Shown in pieces: positions 1 to 18,523 of a DNA stretch of 64,000 nt. The position numbers and the translations under genes are program-made. The stretch is from the human T2T-CHM13v2.0 reference genome, Homo sapiens, in assembly GCF_009914755.1 (NCBI RefSeq), contig NC_060941.1; one strand, given 5' to 3'. The notes beneath the pieces were generated by a model that was not told the origin of the DNA, made no database searches, and was given only the letters and a program-made list of their open reading frames with translations. Each line of letters starts with the position of its first letter. The stretch's first letter is position 1.

Positions 1-259
1 AACACCTTGGCTCAAGCGATCTACCTGTCTTGACCTCCTAAAGTGCTGGGATGACAGGCATGAGCCACTGTACCCAGCCTAAACATAGTCACTTCTGAGA
101 GTGCAAGAGGGCACCATTAGCTATTTCAGGACAATAAATGCAACCTGACATAAGTGGTCACTCTATATACCTAAAGATATTTCTAGTTTACAGGGCCCCT
201 TCATATTTGTTAACTAAACTGCATAAATATCTGATGACAAAATAATTTTAAAGTTCTAA

Positions 260-571
<312 letters not shown>

Positions 572-673
572 TAAAGTTCTAACTTTCAAGTAAAACCTGG
601 TTCTCAAGGAAAAATAATACATGTATCTCATTATAATAATAATAAAAAAATTAACCTCATTAAGAATAAAAGA

Positions 674-1028
<355 letters not shown>

Positions 1029-1772
1029 TCACAGATACATACAAAGTTGAAATGATTTTGAAATTGCTTTGCTGAACCCATTCAACTAAATTTGAAAACC
1101 TGGTTTCCACGTTGTCATTCACCATGGCTGTGGCCAAGCTAGGGCTGGAAGCTACATCTCATGGCTTTCTGCCTAGTAATTTCCCTGTGAGTCAACCAGA
1201 CTTCAGAGTCTCATTTCTGAAACTTTTATTCCAGTACTCTAACCTAGAGCTAAGATGTCTTTGTAGCTTGGTGGGAACGCGGCTCTTCCATGGGAATGAG
1301 ACACAGATGATCTGAAGACATATCTCCTGAGCATACCTCTTATGATAAATGCCCACATGCCTCCATCTGACATCAGCTTTGTCTGCCATGCTCAGGCCAC
1401 CTGGCTCTAGAAATAAAAGATGGGAACGTCCCTGATCCTGAATGTTAAACCTGGAAAATCTCCTCCTGCCAGAGATGTAGCTAGCATTCCATATTTAAAC
1501 TATCTTTAAAGATTTTAATGTTGACAATAGTAACAACAACTGGTATCTATTGATTCTTTACTCCTTTGTCCCCTATCATTGTACCATCCCCATTTTACAG
1601 AAATCAAAGCACAGAGGGGTTAAGTAACTTGCCCAAAGCCACACAGAGAGTAAGTAATGGAGTTGATATTTGACCCCAAGTAATCTGATTCCAGAGATTA
1701 TATTTTACCTCCAATTATGACTCCAACAGTTTTCATATTATTTTGAGAATTCTGAGAATTATTCTCAGAATA

Positions 1773-1851
1773 ATATATATATGTGTATATATTATATATA
1801 CATATATATATATATATGCCAGACTATGTATATAATGTATATATGTATATA
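1773..1851. repeat. (TA)n-rich simple repeat
   Basis: Interrupted TA runs. Confidence 0.85.
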
Positions 1852-2484
1852 ATGGAACCACTACGCCTAGTAAATTGTTTTTTTTAAGGTCCCAAGAGAC
1901 ATAGGAGAGAAACTATTGGTTACTGGACATTCACCAAGTGTCAGTCATAGTTCTAAGCGCTTGTACATGAATCAGCTCAGTAATCTTAAAACCAAAACCA
2001 GAACCAAACAAACCGCCGCCCACCCCCTGGGGAGAGTGCAGTGATTCTCACTCATCAGATGAGACAAAGGAAGCCCAGAGAGGTTCCATAACTTGCTTGA
2101 GATCCTACAGCTAGGTGGCAAATCCAGGGCTCAGAGCCAGCCCATTTGGCCCGTGAGCAGCATTCTTCACCACCAAGCACACCCCACTGCCAGTCTTTAA
2201 CCCAGTTATTCATTCAGTCCTCACAGCACATGATCGACAGGAGTCATTTCCTACCCACTTGCTTTTCTCGGGTTAGATGGGGTAACTGACGCTGATAAAG
2301 TTTAAATATTAGGTTGGAGCAAAAGTAATTGTGGCTTTGCCATTTTAATGGCAAAACCCTAATAATTTGCTTAGTGCCATTCAATGACTTGGGGCTGGCT
2401 AGCCAGGGAGCCAAAGCGTGTTGCATCTGTTTTCACTTCCCCAGGCCTTAGTGGTGCGGTCTAAGGCTCGCCCTCTGCCACACA

Positions 2485-2937
2485 TCCTCCTGTCCCTCCT
2501 CCCGGCAGCTCCTCCTCCTCCTCGTCCTCCTCCTCGTCCTCCTCCACCCCCTCTCCCTCCACCTCCTCCTCTCCCTCCTCCTTTTCCCCCCGTACCCCTC
2601 CGCCCCCCGGGGCCCTGCCCTGCGGGTCTCACCTGCCGCTCGGCGGGGTCCCGGCGGGGGCCGGACAGCGCCACCTGGCGGCAGGTGGACGCCCGCGCAG
2701 CGCATGCTAATGAGCCCGCGTCGTCGCTCGCGGATTGGCTGGCGCGGATTCCAGCTGCTTTCCAAGTTGGAGGCGCCTAGTGAGGGTCAGGGAGGCCCGG
2801 CCCGCGCCCTCCCCGCCCAGCCGCCTCCCCGTCGACCACCCAGGGCTGGGGCGAGCCAGGCTGCCTTTCGAACTTGGGGGCTTCTCCTCTTGTCTCCCAC
2901 TGGTGCTCTGGCCGTGAATCCATCCAGGCGCCAGGAG
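2485..2937 (+). promoter_or_regulatory. Duplicated RGS9-like CpG-island promoter and 5' UTR
   Basis: About 19 differences in ~330 nt versus 39186-39514; CpGs retained; same CTCF-like (2668-2681), NRF1-like (2700-2707), ATTGG (2734-2738) and GC-box motifs; (CCT)n tract upstream. Confidence 0.85.
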
Positions 2938-2994
2938 ATGACAATCCGATACCAAGGCCGGCAGTACAGGCTGAGGATGGCATTTCTCCAAAAG
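2938..2994 (+). CDS. Paralogous RGS9 first exon ([19 protein letters not shown]), candidate alternative exon 1
   Basis: 54/57 nt identical to exon 1; ATG with G at -3; intact phase-0 donor AAG|GTAACC. Usage is inferred, not shown. Confidence 0.65.
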
Positions 2995-3727
2995 GTAACC
3001 CTGGCCCCTTACCTGGGCCCTGGAGTGCCGGGGACCACATCTGGGAAGCGTCCGAGGACACGTGGGGCAGGAGTGGAGGGCACCCCTTTGGGTCGATTTG
3101 TGCAGCTCGATTTCATTAAGTGACTGGTGTGAGTTGTGATAAAGACAATTCCGTTTAGGTTTCCAAGCTGCGTCCTGGGCCTGGAGACTGAGACAGAGAT
3201 CCACGGACTGCAGTGCAGGCAGCCCACCCCAGCTCCGAGTCATATAAGGTAACCCAGACAACCACCTACGAATTTAAAGCTCCTATAAGTTGCCCTTTCT
3301 GCATCCGAAGTGTGATATTTGAAAGTTAAAAACGTTATCTTACATACATAGATCTTAAAACGTATCTTACACCACAACCTACTCACAGATGCAAAGGCAG
3401 TGGTCATGGTCTTCCATTGCTTGGGGTCCTGGGGCCGGGTTTGAGGCTGAATGTCAGGGTTTCCTTTGCCATAACCTCATTCTGCACCACGTGCTGTCAG
3501 CCAGGCAGCCAATGTGGACTTGGAGGCTGGCATCTGCTGGGCACTGCTCGAGGTACCAGGGACACAGTGATGAGCAAAACGAGCATGGCCCCTGCCCTCA
3601 AAGTCCCTTGAGGCTAAATGGCCCACCCAAGGGCAGCTTAACAGTGCCCAGCCTTGGGGGATGTGGGCTGATGGAGGACTGGGCCCACCACAAGGTACCT
3701 TAGGGTGCCCCCAGTCAAATATATCTA

Positions 3728-4038
<311 letters not shown>

Positions 4039-4596
4039 TAGAGGAGCCAAGCTCCCTCAGCCAGCCAATGGCAGAGCTGCAGGTGAATGGCATCAGATGG
4101 TGTCGACATCCCACCCAACATCAGGGACTTCCACTGTAAGTGCCCGAGCCTCTCTGCTCAGGGGGTTTTCTCTGGCCATAGGAACATGACTGCCACACAT
4201 GTGGCCAGAGTGCCAGGGAGTGGATGCCCCCTGGATCAGCCTGCAACTGATAGTGAAAGACAGTTGCTTGATGAAAAGTACCAAGCTTCCTCCCCACCGG
4301 GTATGGCTCTTCTGAGGGTGTTCTATGTTGTTTCTCCCAGAGGCTCCCAGTAGGACAGAACTCAGGTGGCCCACGGGGGTTGCTGCTCATGAATGAGCCC
4401 TGTATTGTCCACCTTACTTACCCTGTCCCACCTCCCCAGGCACCAGCCGCTTTCAGGAGTCAATCTTCCCACCCATGCGACAGGCTAGTTCAATTATTAT
4501 CTCCGTTTTACAGGTAAGGAAACTGAGGCTGGTAAGGGCTAACACTAGAAGAATTGTTGACATGATACAGAAAAGCTGGTCTCACTACAATTGTAG

Positions 4597-4943
<347 letters not shown>

Positions 4944-5543
4944 CAGGAGAAATATAAAATTAAGACTGTGGTGAGAGGGAGCTTCCGATTCTACTTGAAG
5001 AGTGGGGGTAGTCATCACTGAAGAGAGAGCCTTCAAGCTTGGAGGATCCTGAGGCTTCTGCTGGGCAGAGGAAGGAAGACCCCACCTGCAGAAGCAGCCC
5101 CTGCCGAAGTACAGGGATGTATGAGAGTCTGGTGTGTCTGAGGGCATGCTGATTGCTGTTCGCTGAGCATATAGTACAAGGGGAGTGTGAGGTGGGACAG
5201 GCAGGCAGGGATGGATAGGAAAGGTCTATGCCTTACAAAGGTGGTGCTATTTTTCCCCAAAGAGCAGGTGAGTGAAGTGGTCAGATTTAGGTTCAAATGA
5301 GGGCTCTAATGTAAGCCAGAAGAATGGATGGGATATATTTCCTTCCCTGAGCCAAGAGAATTCACTCAGGGTCTTTCTGTGCTGTCTGCAACTCCAGTTA
5401 CCTAGGAAATGACAGCTTTTCATGGGGTCAGAGGGAGTGGTGCTGATCAGAAGGGCCCTTCTCCTGTGACTGTGGAGGCTTTCACACCTGTCATCACTCC
5501 TGTGATGTCCCAGGCTTGATGCAGCCCTGTGTAGGTATATCTA

Positions 5544-6080
<537 letters not shown>

Positions 6081-7219
6081 TCATTTCCTGTGTTCCGGCA
6101 GCCCTGACCACCTGGGGTGAGGTGGAAAAAATTTCCATCTGGACTTCTAAAATGCTTTCCTATTTGACTTAAGGAAAAGTTGAGGATGTGAGGGTGTTCT
6201 TGCAGCAGATGGGGTGCCAGGAAGAGAGTTGAGCTTAGACGAGGGCTACAAGAAGAAAGGATCTTAATGAGGCTTGGGCAGAATTTAGAATTGCTTGTAT
6301 CATTTGTTCACTCCTCCATGTGACAGACATTTATTGAGCACCTACTATGTGTCAGGTATTGTTAGACACTGTCATAACACAGACTTCAGGACACAGTCCC
6401 TGTTCTCAAGTGACTTGTAGTCTAGTGGTAGGAGATGGCCACATGTATCAACACAGTGGCATGGCACAGGTGCCATGCAGACAGCTGGAGGGTAAAGGAG
6501 GTGCTTAAGTGTGGGCCTTTACTTTATCCTGGGTGGAATGTCAAGAAAGCATTCTGAAAGATATGGTGGTGGTTTCTCTAGGTCTTGAGGATGTGAGGCT
6601 GTTCTTAGGGCAGATGGGGTGCCAGGAGGAGAGTTGGGACAAAGGTGGAAGAGGAACATGAACTTGGCTTGGATCTATTGTGTGTCAGCTGTTGGTCAGA
6701 GCCAGATGGTGATGTCCAGTAGGCAATTCTGTGTCTGGAGGCAGGGCCTGAAAAACCTGGGAGACACATTAAACTGGTCATTGAGAATGTAATAGAAATG
6801 AGGGATGTTTCTGAGGCTGGGTACAGTTAACAAGGCATATTAGACTTGGGCATTTGGACTGTGGCTGGCAGTGCTATAGTTGGGATGTGAGTTGCCAACT
6901 AAAAAAAAGAGCACAGTGGTTTGGGGTCACTATTTACATCTCTGCACAGCAAACTCATAATTATGATTGTCTTCCAGGAAGCTTGCTCTGGATTATAGGA
7001 AAATTCCAGTCCCTGAAATCTTGTAGAGAGTGACAGCCACTTACTATGAGAAGAAATCGTGACCATGGGGTGGATGGAATATTGAGACTATCACTTTCTG
7101 ATACTTTCAGTGACTGTCTGGGTACTTTAAAATGTTCAATGTCATACCTCACTTAGCTGGAATCTGAGAGGGGCAATGCTAGGCCTGTGATGGGGTCAGA
7201 GAGAGTCCAGTGATTTTGC

Positions 7220-7493
7220 TTTTCTTTTTTTTTTTCCCCGATGGAGTGAAGTGGTGCGATCTTGGCTCACTGCAACCTCCACCCCCGGCTTCAAGCGATT
7301 CTCCTGCCTTAGCCTCTGGAGTAGCTGGAATTACAGGTGCCTGCCACCATGCCTGGCTAATTTTTATATTATTAGTAGAGATGGGGTTTTGCCATGTTGG
7401 CCAGGCTGACCTCGAACGCCTGACCTCAGGTGATCCACCCGCTTTGGCCTCCCAAAGTGCTACGATTATAGATGTGAGCCACCGTGCCCAGCC
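7220..7493 (-). mobile_element. Alu (S-like)
   Basis: Antisense Alu consensus. Confidence 0.9.
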
Positions 7494-8352
7494 CAGTGAT
7501 GACCCTTTTATGTAGCATTTGTTTGAGGCCTCAGGAAATAGTTGTGGAGAAGTCAGGATTCTGGGAGAACTGGGCAGCTGTGCTCTGGTAAACAGTGGTG
7601 GGGTGGGGTGGGGAGGTGATGGTATGGGGAAGGACCGGGGGTCTTCAATGTGTCTCACGAAAGGAGATAGCTCAGAAGGGATGCACGCTGGACAGAAGAA
7701 GGGGTAGCCTGGAGAAAGGCCACAGCTGCACCCTTCCTGGGGAGCTTGAAAATCAAGGTGGGTTTTCTCCCGTCGTGAGTGGAGTACAGGCACCTGTCAC
7801 CTGCCACCTTGCCCACCAAGACCACCTCTCCAAGACCATTCCGGACCCAAGGAGTCAGTCATATTTTTCGTAATTGAGATTTATTACAATTTAAAAAGGA
7901 ATCCCTTAAGTGAGTTTACAGGGGAAAAGGTTGGAGGAAAATTATTCTGTCCCCTAATGGGAAGACCCCTAAAAATGTTCAAGACACAGACTCCCCTCTT
8001 CCCAGAAAATCCCTCCTTTGTGCAGAGACGTCATCGCTGGAAAGCCCCTCTTGATTGTGCTTTTAGAAATAACTCCTGTTAATCTCCTTTGAGGGGTAGT
8101 TGCAAATTCCTCAGAGATTGATTTTTTTTTTAAACACAAAGGGAAAGAAATGGAGTGACTGTCATTTTTATCAGAGAAGTTTAAATGTCTAACTGGCAAA
8201 GTAGGTACAACTCCGCCATCCACCGTTAGCTCCCTCTGCCTCACTACTAAGGAGATGGTTATTTTACCCGATGAAGTACCGTATTTATAATCTGAAAAGT
8301 TATGACTGAAAGGACGAGGATGCTTTAAGCCCTGTCATCAGAAACTGCATAA

Positions 8353-8354
<2 letters not shown>

Positions 8355-8397
<43 letters not shown>
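8355..8397. repeat. (GT)n microsatellite, ~21 units
   Basis: Perfect dinucleotide run. Confidence 0.97.
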
Positions 8398-8400
<3 letters not shown>

Positions 8401-8430
8401 GGGAGGACGGGGCTGTTGGCTGCTGCTGAA

Positions 8431-9013
8431 AAGAATCACTCCAGCAGCCATGGCTCCTCAGTCCCCTGGCCATCCCAGGAAGAGCAGGACCACCTCTCAG
8501 CATCCCCCAGTACAGTGTGGGGTTGTGTCTTTGCTCCCCTCTCTGCTGTTGGCCTCATGGCTGACCCAGTGGCCAGAAACACTGCCAAGTCCTGACACTG
8601 CAGAAAGCCAAGGATTGTGGCTCCAAATCAAGCTGAAATGAATAGCTTTTGTTCCAAAACAATTCTGTGAGCCAAGAAAGTGTCCATGCAGATAAAGCTT
8701 GCAGTCAGTCTTGCACAAGGAGCCCCAGCCGTGTTTTGCACGCTGTCTGAGTGACTGGCGCTGTGCCCGGAATGCTGAGTGGTGAGGCTATCCTCAGAGC
8801 CTTCCCTGTGCACCTGATCTTGGCCCATTTCTTGAGATTGTGGTTCAGCTGCAAATGCTTGTTTAGCAACAGAGATTGAAATAGGAAATTCCTTTCCTTA
8901 GTGTTGGCATAAGACATTGTTCCATACTCTCCCTCCTTGGGAAGATTGGAGCCTCCTAGCTTCAGGAGCAGGCTGCCTGAGAGGGAGGGGGCAATTAGGA
9001 TTTTTCTGATTCA
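8431..9013. promoter_or_regulatory. Duplicated copy of the candidate intron-1 enhancer
   Basis: Shares CTGCCAAGTCCTGACACTGCAGA, TGTTCCAAAACAATTCTGTGAGCC and GTGGTTCAGCTGCAAATGCT with 49163-49414. Confidence 0.5.
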
Positions 9014-9122
9014 GCTCTCTTCGGATATATCCAGGTTAGTCTACACCTCCTTCCTGTCTACCTAGCCATATCATGGGTTCCTTCCCAAGTTCACTTCCTC
9101 TAGGAAGCATTCATTGACCATC

Positions 9123-9811
<689 letters not shown>

Positions 9812-10440
9812 GCATCCTGTGATCACAGTCCCTTTTCAGCTCCTGTGCAATTAGGATCTGTATGCTTCACATGAGACACATTTTTATTCTGTGCTGTGTA
9901 TTGGTCATCTCTCTATATATACTTTACCACCTCAGCTCCCAGAGGACACAGATTATGTTGTTTATTTGTAGCAGTCATACCACTGGATTCATAAAAAGTA
10001 TTCAATTAAATCTCACTCTTTGCATTAGGTTGTCTAACTGAGTTTTTCTTATGTGTCTTTACTGTCTGGTCCCTAGAAGGCATATTGTGACAATGATAAC
10101 ATCTATCACTACCACTCCCACCCTATTGTCACTGTTCCTATATTGCCTTAGGGATTATATAACTGTTTCATATTCATTATTTTCATTTGATCACAACCAC
10201 CCTTTTAAATAGATAGGGCAGATATTAGATGTTTTTTTTCCTTAGTGGATGAAAATACTAAGGTTCAGAGAGGTCAATTAACTGGTCCAGTGTCACACAG
10301 CTGACATCATCTATTTTTCAGCTTCACTGAGGCTAGAAAAACCAGTGGTCTCATTCTGAGGACGGCTACGTGCATATATGTTAAAAGGACTTTGTGAACT
10401 GAGGGCTCATACAATGGTGCATAGAATTATGATTAATGGC

Positions 10441-10749
10441 AGCCGGACACGGTGGCTCACGCCTGTAATCCCAGCACGTTGGGAGGCCGAGGCAGGCAGA
10501 TCACGAGGTCAGGAGATCGAGACCATCCTGGCTGACATGGTGAAACCCTGTCTCTACTGAAAATACAATACAAAAAAATTAGCCGGGCGTGTTGGTGGGC
10601 GCCTGTAGTCCCAGCTACTTGGGAGGCTGAGGCAGGAGAATGGCGTGAACCTGGGAAGCGGAGCTTGCAATGAGCAAGATCGCGCCACTGAACTCCAGCC
10701 TGGGCGATGGAGCAAGACTCCGTCTCAAAAAAAAAAAAAAAAAAAAAAA
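10441..10749 (+). mobile_element. AluY-like
   Basis: Long poly(A); TSD aattatgattaatggcag. Confidence 0.95.
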
Positions 10750-11264
10750 TTATGATTAATGGCAGAAAAATAGATACTGCAAGATTGAAACAGTTCAATG
10801 AAGACAGAGCAGTATGGATGGATGGCTCTGGATTTGGTTGATAGGAGCCAAAGAGTTGATTGCATTTGAGGGGCCCTCCAGGTGCAGATGTGTAGCAGGC
10901 AGCGGGAAATAACTCTGAGGAGGGCGGCAAGGGCAGAGTAAATGGGTGAGGAATGACCTTCATTCTTACTGTAGGTCTCCTGTATACCCTGATATTTCCT
11001 GTCTCCATTCCTTTGCTTCTGTTGTACCTTCATCCTGGGATGCCTCTCCTCACCCCAGAGCTTGAGGCTGTTATTTCCAGTTGTCTGCTACACATTTCTG
11101 TGTATATGTTCCAGAGCACGGCACAAACAAGTTTTTCTCTTTCAAAACAGGCTGCTTTCTTTTGTGTTTCCTGTTTTAAATACTGACTACCACCATTGGC
11201 TTGGCAGAGAGGTAGGAAATCTTGGAATCATATTCTCTTGCCTTCACCAAATTGTATACATTAT

Positions 11265-11690
11265 CAACTAAGTTTCAAACACACAAACTTTTGGGAGACA
11301 CATTCAAACCACAGGACCATCCTATGATTGCTGTCCCTTTTGAGCTCCTGTGCAATTAGGATTGCAGTGTCTAAGTACAAGAGACTCATCTATAGTGCTT
11401 CTAGTGACCATATTCTCTTACTTTTCCTCATTGCCTCTGCCTGAACTGTGCTCTCTCCTGCATGATTATTTCCTCTGATACAGAAAGGTTTACTCCTCCT
11501 TTTTCTCTACTTGGCCATACCATGGGTTCCCTTCCAAGTTCACTTCCTCTAGGAAGTATTTCTTGATTATTTGTCTTAGTCCATTTTCTGTTGCTCTAAC
11601 AGAATACCCGAGACTGGGCAATTTACAAAGAAAAGAAGCTTATTTGGCTCACGATTATGGAGGCTGGGAAGTCCAAGGGCATGGCTACAA
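11265..11690 (+). repeat. Permuted copies of both junctions of the LTR at 9123-9811
   Basis: 11265-11362 resembles 9759-9857; 11490-11690 resembles 9041-9240; each includes non-LTR flank. Confidence 0.8.
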
Positions 11691-11929
11691 CTGCATACCC
11701 TCCTTTTTGCATCTATAATTTTGCACATCTAAAACCATCTATAATTTTGCAAAACAAGGCAAACTCTGCTGCTTCTCCATGAGAGCTTCCATTTGTCTAT
11801 GAATGACATTGAAGACCTATTGTGTCCTGGATTTATTTGCTCTCCCTTGGCATGCCATGCAGTTTTACCCATTCATGCCTTTGCACGTGCTTGTTCCTCA
11901 GCCTGGAATGCTCCTTTTCTCTGGGGCAG

Positions 11930-12257
11930 AAGCAACAACTTCTTGCCAAATAGCCCATGTTCTCTGAGTTAGAATTACTGGGCTGTGAGCAGAAGTGTTG
12001 TGTGGGTTTTCAGGCTGAAGTCTTGAAGGGTGAGTACCAATTCTCCATGTTTTTCTCTCTTCCCCTGCACAGTGATGGAGCACATGTAATGGAATGAGAA
12101 ACCATAAATGGTAGCAGCCTAGAGAGTTGAGTCAAGACATCAAGGGAGGGCCCTGGACACTGCCCAACTTGACTTAGCATTTTCTTAAGAGAGATAAACC
12201 CTTGTTGGGTTAAATCTGTGTTACCACAGCATAATCTAAATTATCCTGAGTAATACA
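11930..12257 (+). mobile_element. Old MLT1-family LTR fragment
   Basis: 3' end GAGATAAACCCTTGTTGGGTTAA...TCCTGAGTAATACA. Confidence 0.55.
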
Positions 12258-12674
12258 TTCTCATTTTCTGCCAGTTACAAATCTTTAAGTATCAGCTTAA
12301 ATCCTCTTTCTTTAAAAGCCTTCCAGAACCAACCCACCCCTAGCCAGAATTGATGTCTTTTCTTTGTGCTTTCACAGCCTGTGTAACTTATGTCTATTTG
12401 ACACTTAATGCATAGTATTATGGTTGGTCATGTAGAGTTAGTGACAGAATGAGTAAGAGTATGAATTCCAAAGCCAGACTGACTGGTTCACATATCAGCT
12501 CTGTCATTTACCAGCAGTGGGAATTTCGATGAGTTACTTAGACTTCCAGAACTTGGGTTCATATTTGTCCCTCCAGAACCTACCAGAGTGTCCGACATAG
12601 TAATTATATTACATATGTCAATAATTATGTTAAATAATACCTGTTTACCGGCCTCCTTCTTTTTTGTCTTGCAG

Positions 12675-12770
12675 GTTGAAATATCAGTAAAAAACATGCA
12701 GAACCAAAGATGGGGACCAAAATCCAAAGCCAGAGGGTCCTGGAAATCAGAGGGTCTTACAACATAACAG
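12675..12770 (+). pseudogene. Degenerate copy of RGS9 exon 2
   Basis: Acceptor tgtcttgcag intact; ~64/97 nt identical including ACATGCAGAACC and CCAGAGGGTCCTGG; 1-nt deletion after MQN; donor changed GT to GC; TAA at 12765-12767 in the spliced frame. Confidence 0.9.
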
Positions 12771-13137
12771 GCAGTACAGGCCATGGCTCAGGCTAGGCGT
12801 GGAACAGACTGCAGTTCTCTTCTACAAATCAATCTAGACTGGACAGACAGAACTCCAAGGGAGGAAAGAAAAATGAATCTGATGTTACTTCTTGAAACCA
12901 CATTTTCTGAAGTCACCATTTTTATGTATCTATCAACTCATCATTTTTATGTATATATCAATATGATTTTATGATCTTATTTTTTCCTACTAATGTGATG
13001 AATTACCTTGATTGATTTTAGAATATTAAATCACTTTTGTATTCCTGGAATAAACCCTAGATGGATGCTTGATTTTTTCTAATTCCTTAGCAAAAATGCT
13101 AATATTTTATTTAGGATTTTGCATCTATATTCACAAG

Positions 13138-14285
<1,148 letters not shown>

Positions 14286-14289
14286 ATGA

Positions 14290-17637
<3,348 letters not shown>

Positions 17638-18523
17638 TAAAATATATATACCAAAATATATATATATATACATTTTAATTGAAATATGGTATTCACTCAG
17701 AAAACATGTACAGATCAATACATTTTCACAAGCAGAATGTGGTACATATATTTTAAAACATTAAATTCTGTTTAAAGAAGCAAAATTTTGTATTTTAGGA
17801 ACACATTACTTACTGTTCAAACAGATGGTTTCCTGAGGAAATGTGTGTGACTTCACACTATGGGGCTGTCTTTGTCAGCCCTCCCAGACTGCCCCATCTG
17901 TGACTTGATTTTTTTTTCTCCTTGTCAAGGTGTCCTCCTCAATTCAATTCACCTCTGCTTCAGGCCAACCGAGACAGGGTCCTTTTGTCAACCTTCTGGC
18001 TTCCTTTGCCCTGAGGGACGGAAGCCTTTCCCCACAACCCCCATCAGCTTCTCTTTCTGCATGTTGCTGATCTGGAGACCTGCTGTCATTTGTGGCTGCT
18101 CTGAGACATGGCCTGGTCATGGGGGCAGAGCCTCCCTTTGACTGCACCATTTGTTAGCTGTGCTTTAGCCTTCTGTGGAGATTACGACTGGAAAGGCTTG
18201 AGACATTGATGACTGGTTCAACAACAAGAGCTTGAACTGTATGGGAGGAAAGACTGAATACTACAATTTTAGCAGTCATTACTGGGGAAGCTGGCAGGAG
18301 GATCATTTGAGCCCAGGAGTTCGTGACAGCCTGGGTAACAGCAAGACCCTGTCTTATTAAATTATAATAATAATAAACTGAATTATGGACAAAACGAAGT
18401 TAACAAATTTTTTTAGCAGTCACCATTCCTTAAGCACCTACTGTCAGGTGCTCTGCCAGAAACTTCTATAGAGCATCTCATGAATCCTCAAAATAATTCT
18501 GTGAAGAAAATATCATTACTATC

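Noticed and set aside
2399-2780. Pro-rich and Gly/Arg-rich ORFs over the upstream promoter
   Set aside because: By-products of the (CCT)n tract and stop-poor GC-rich DNA.
8628-8917. Similar minus-strand ORFs in the twin blocks (HLQLNH..KKWAK, AHRIVLEQK; also 49209-49424)
   Set aside because: The frame is split in one copy and continuous in the other, and conservation shows no codon pattern; it reflects non-coding DNA homology.
10380-10950. Possible further homology to 51980-52110
   Set aside because: Only short matches, partly explained by MIR-type repeats; not counted as evidence without an alignment.
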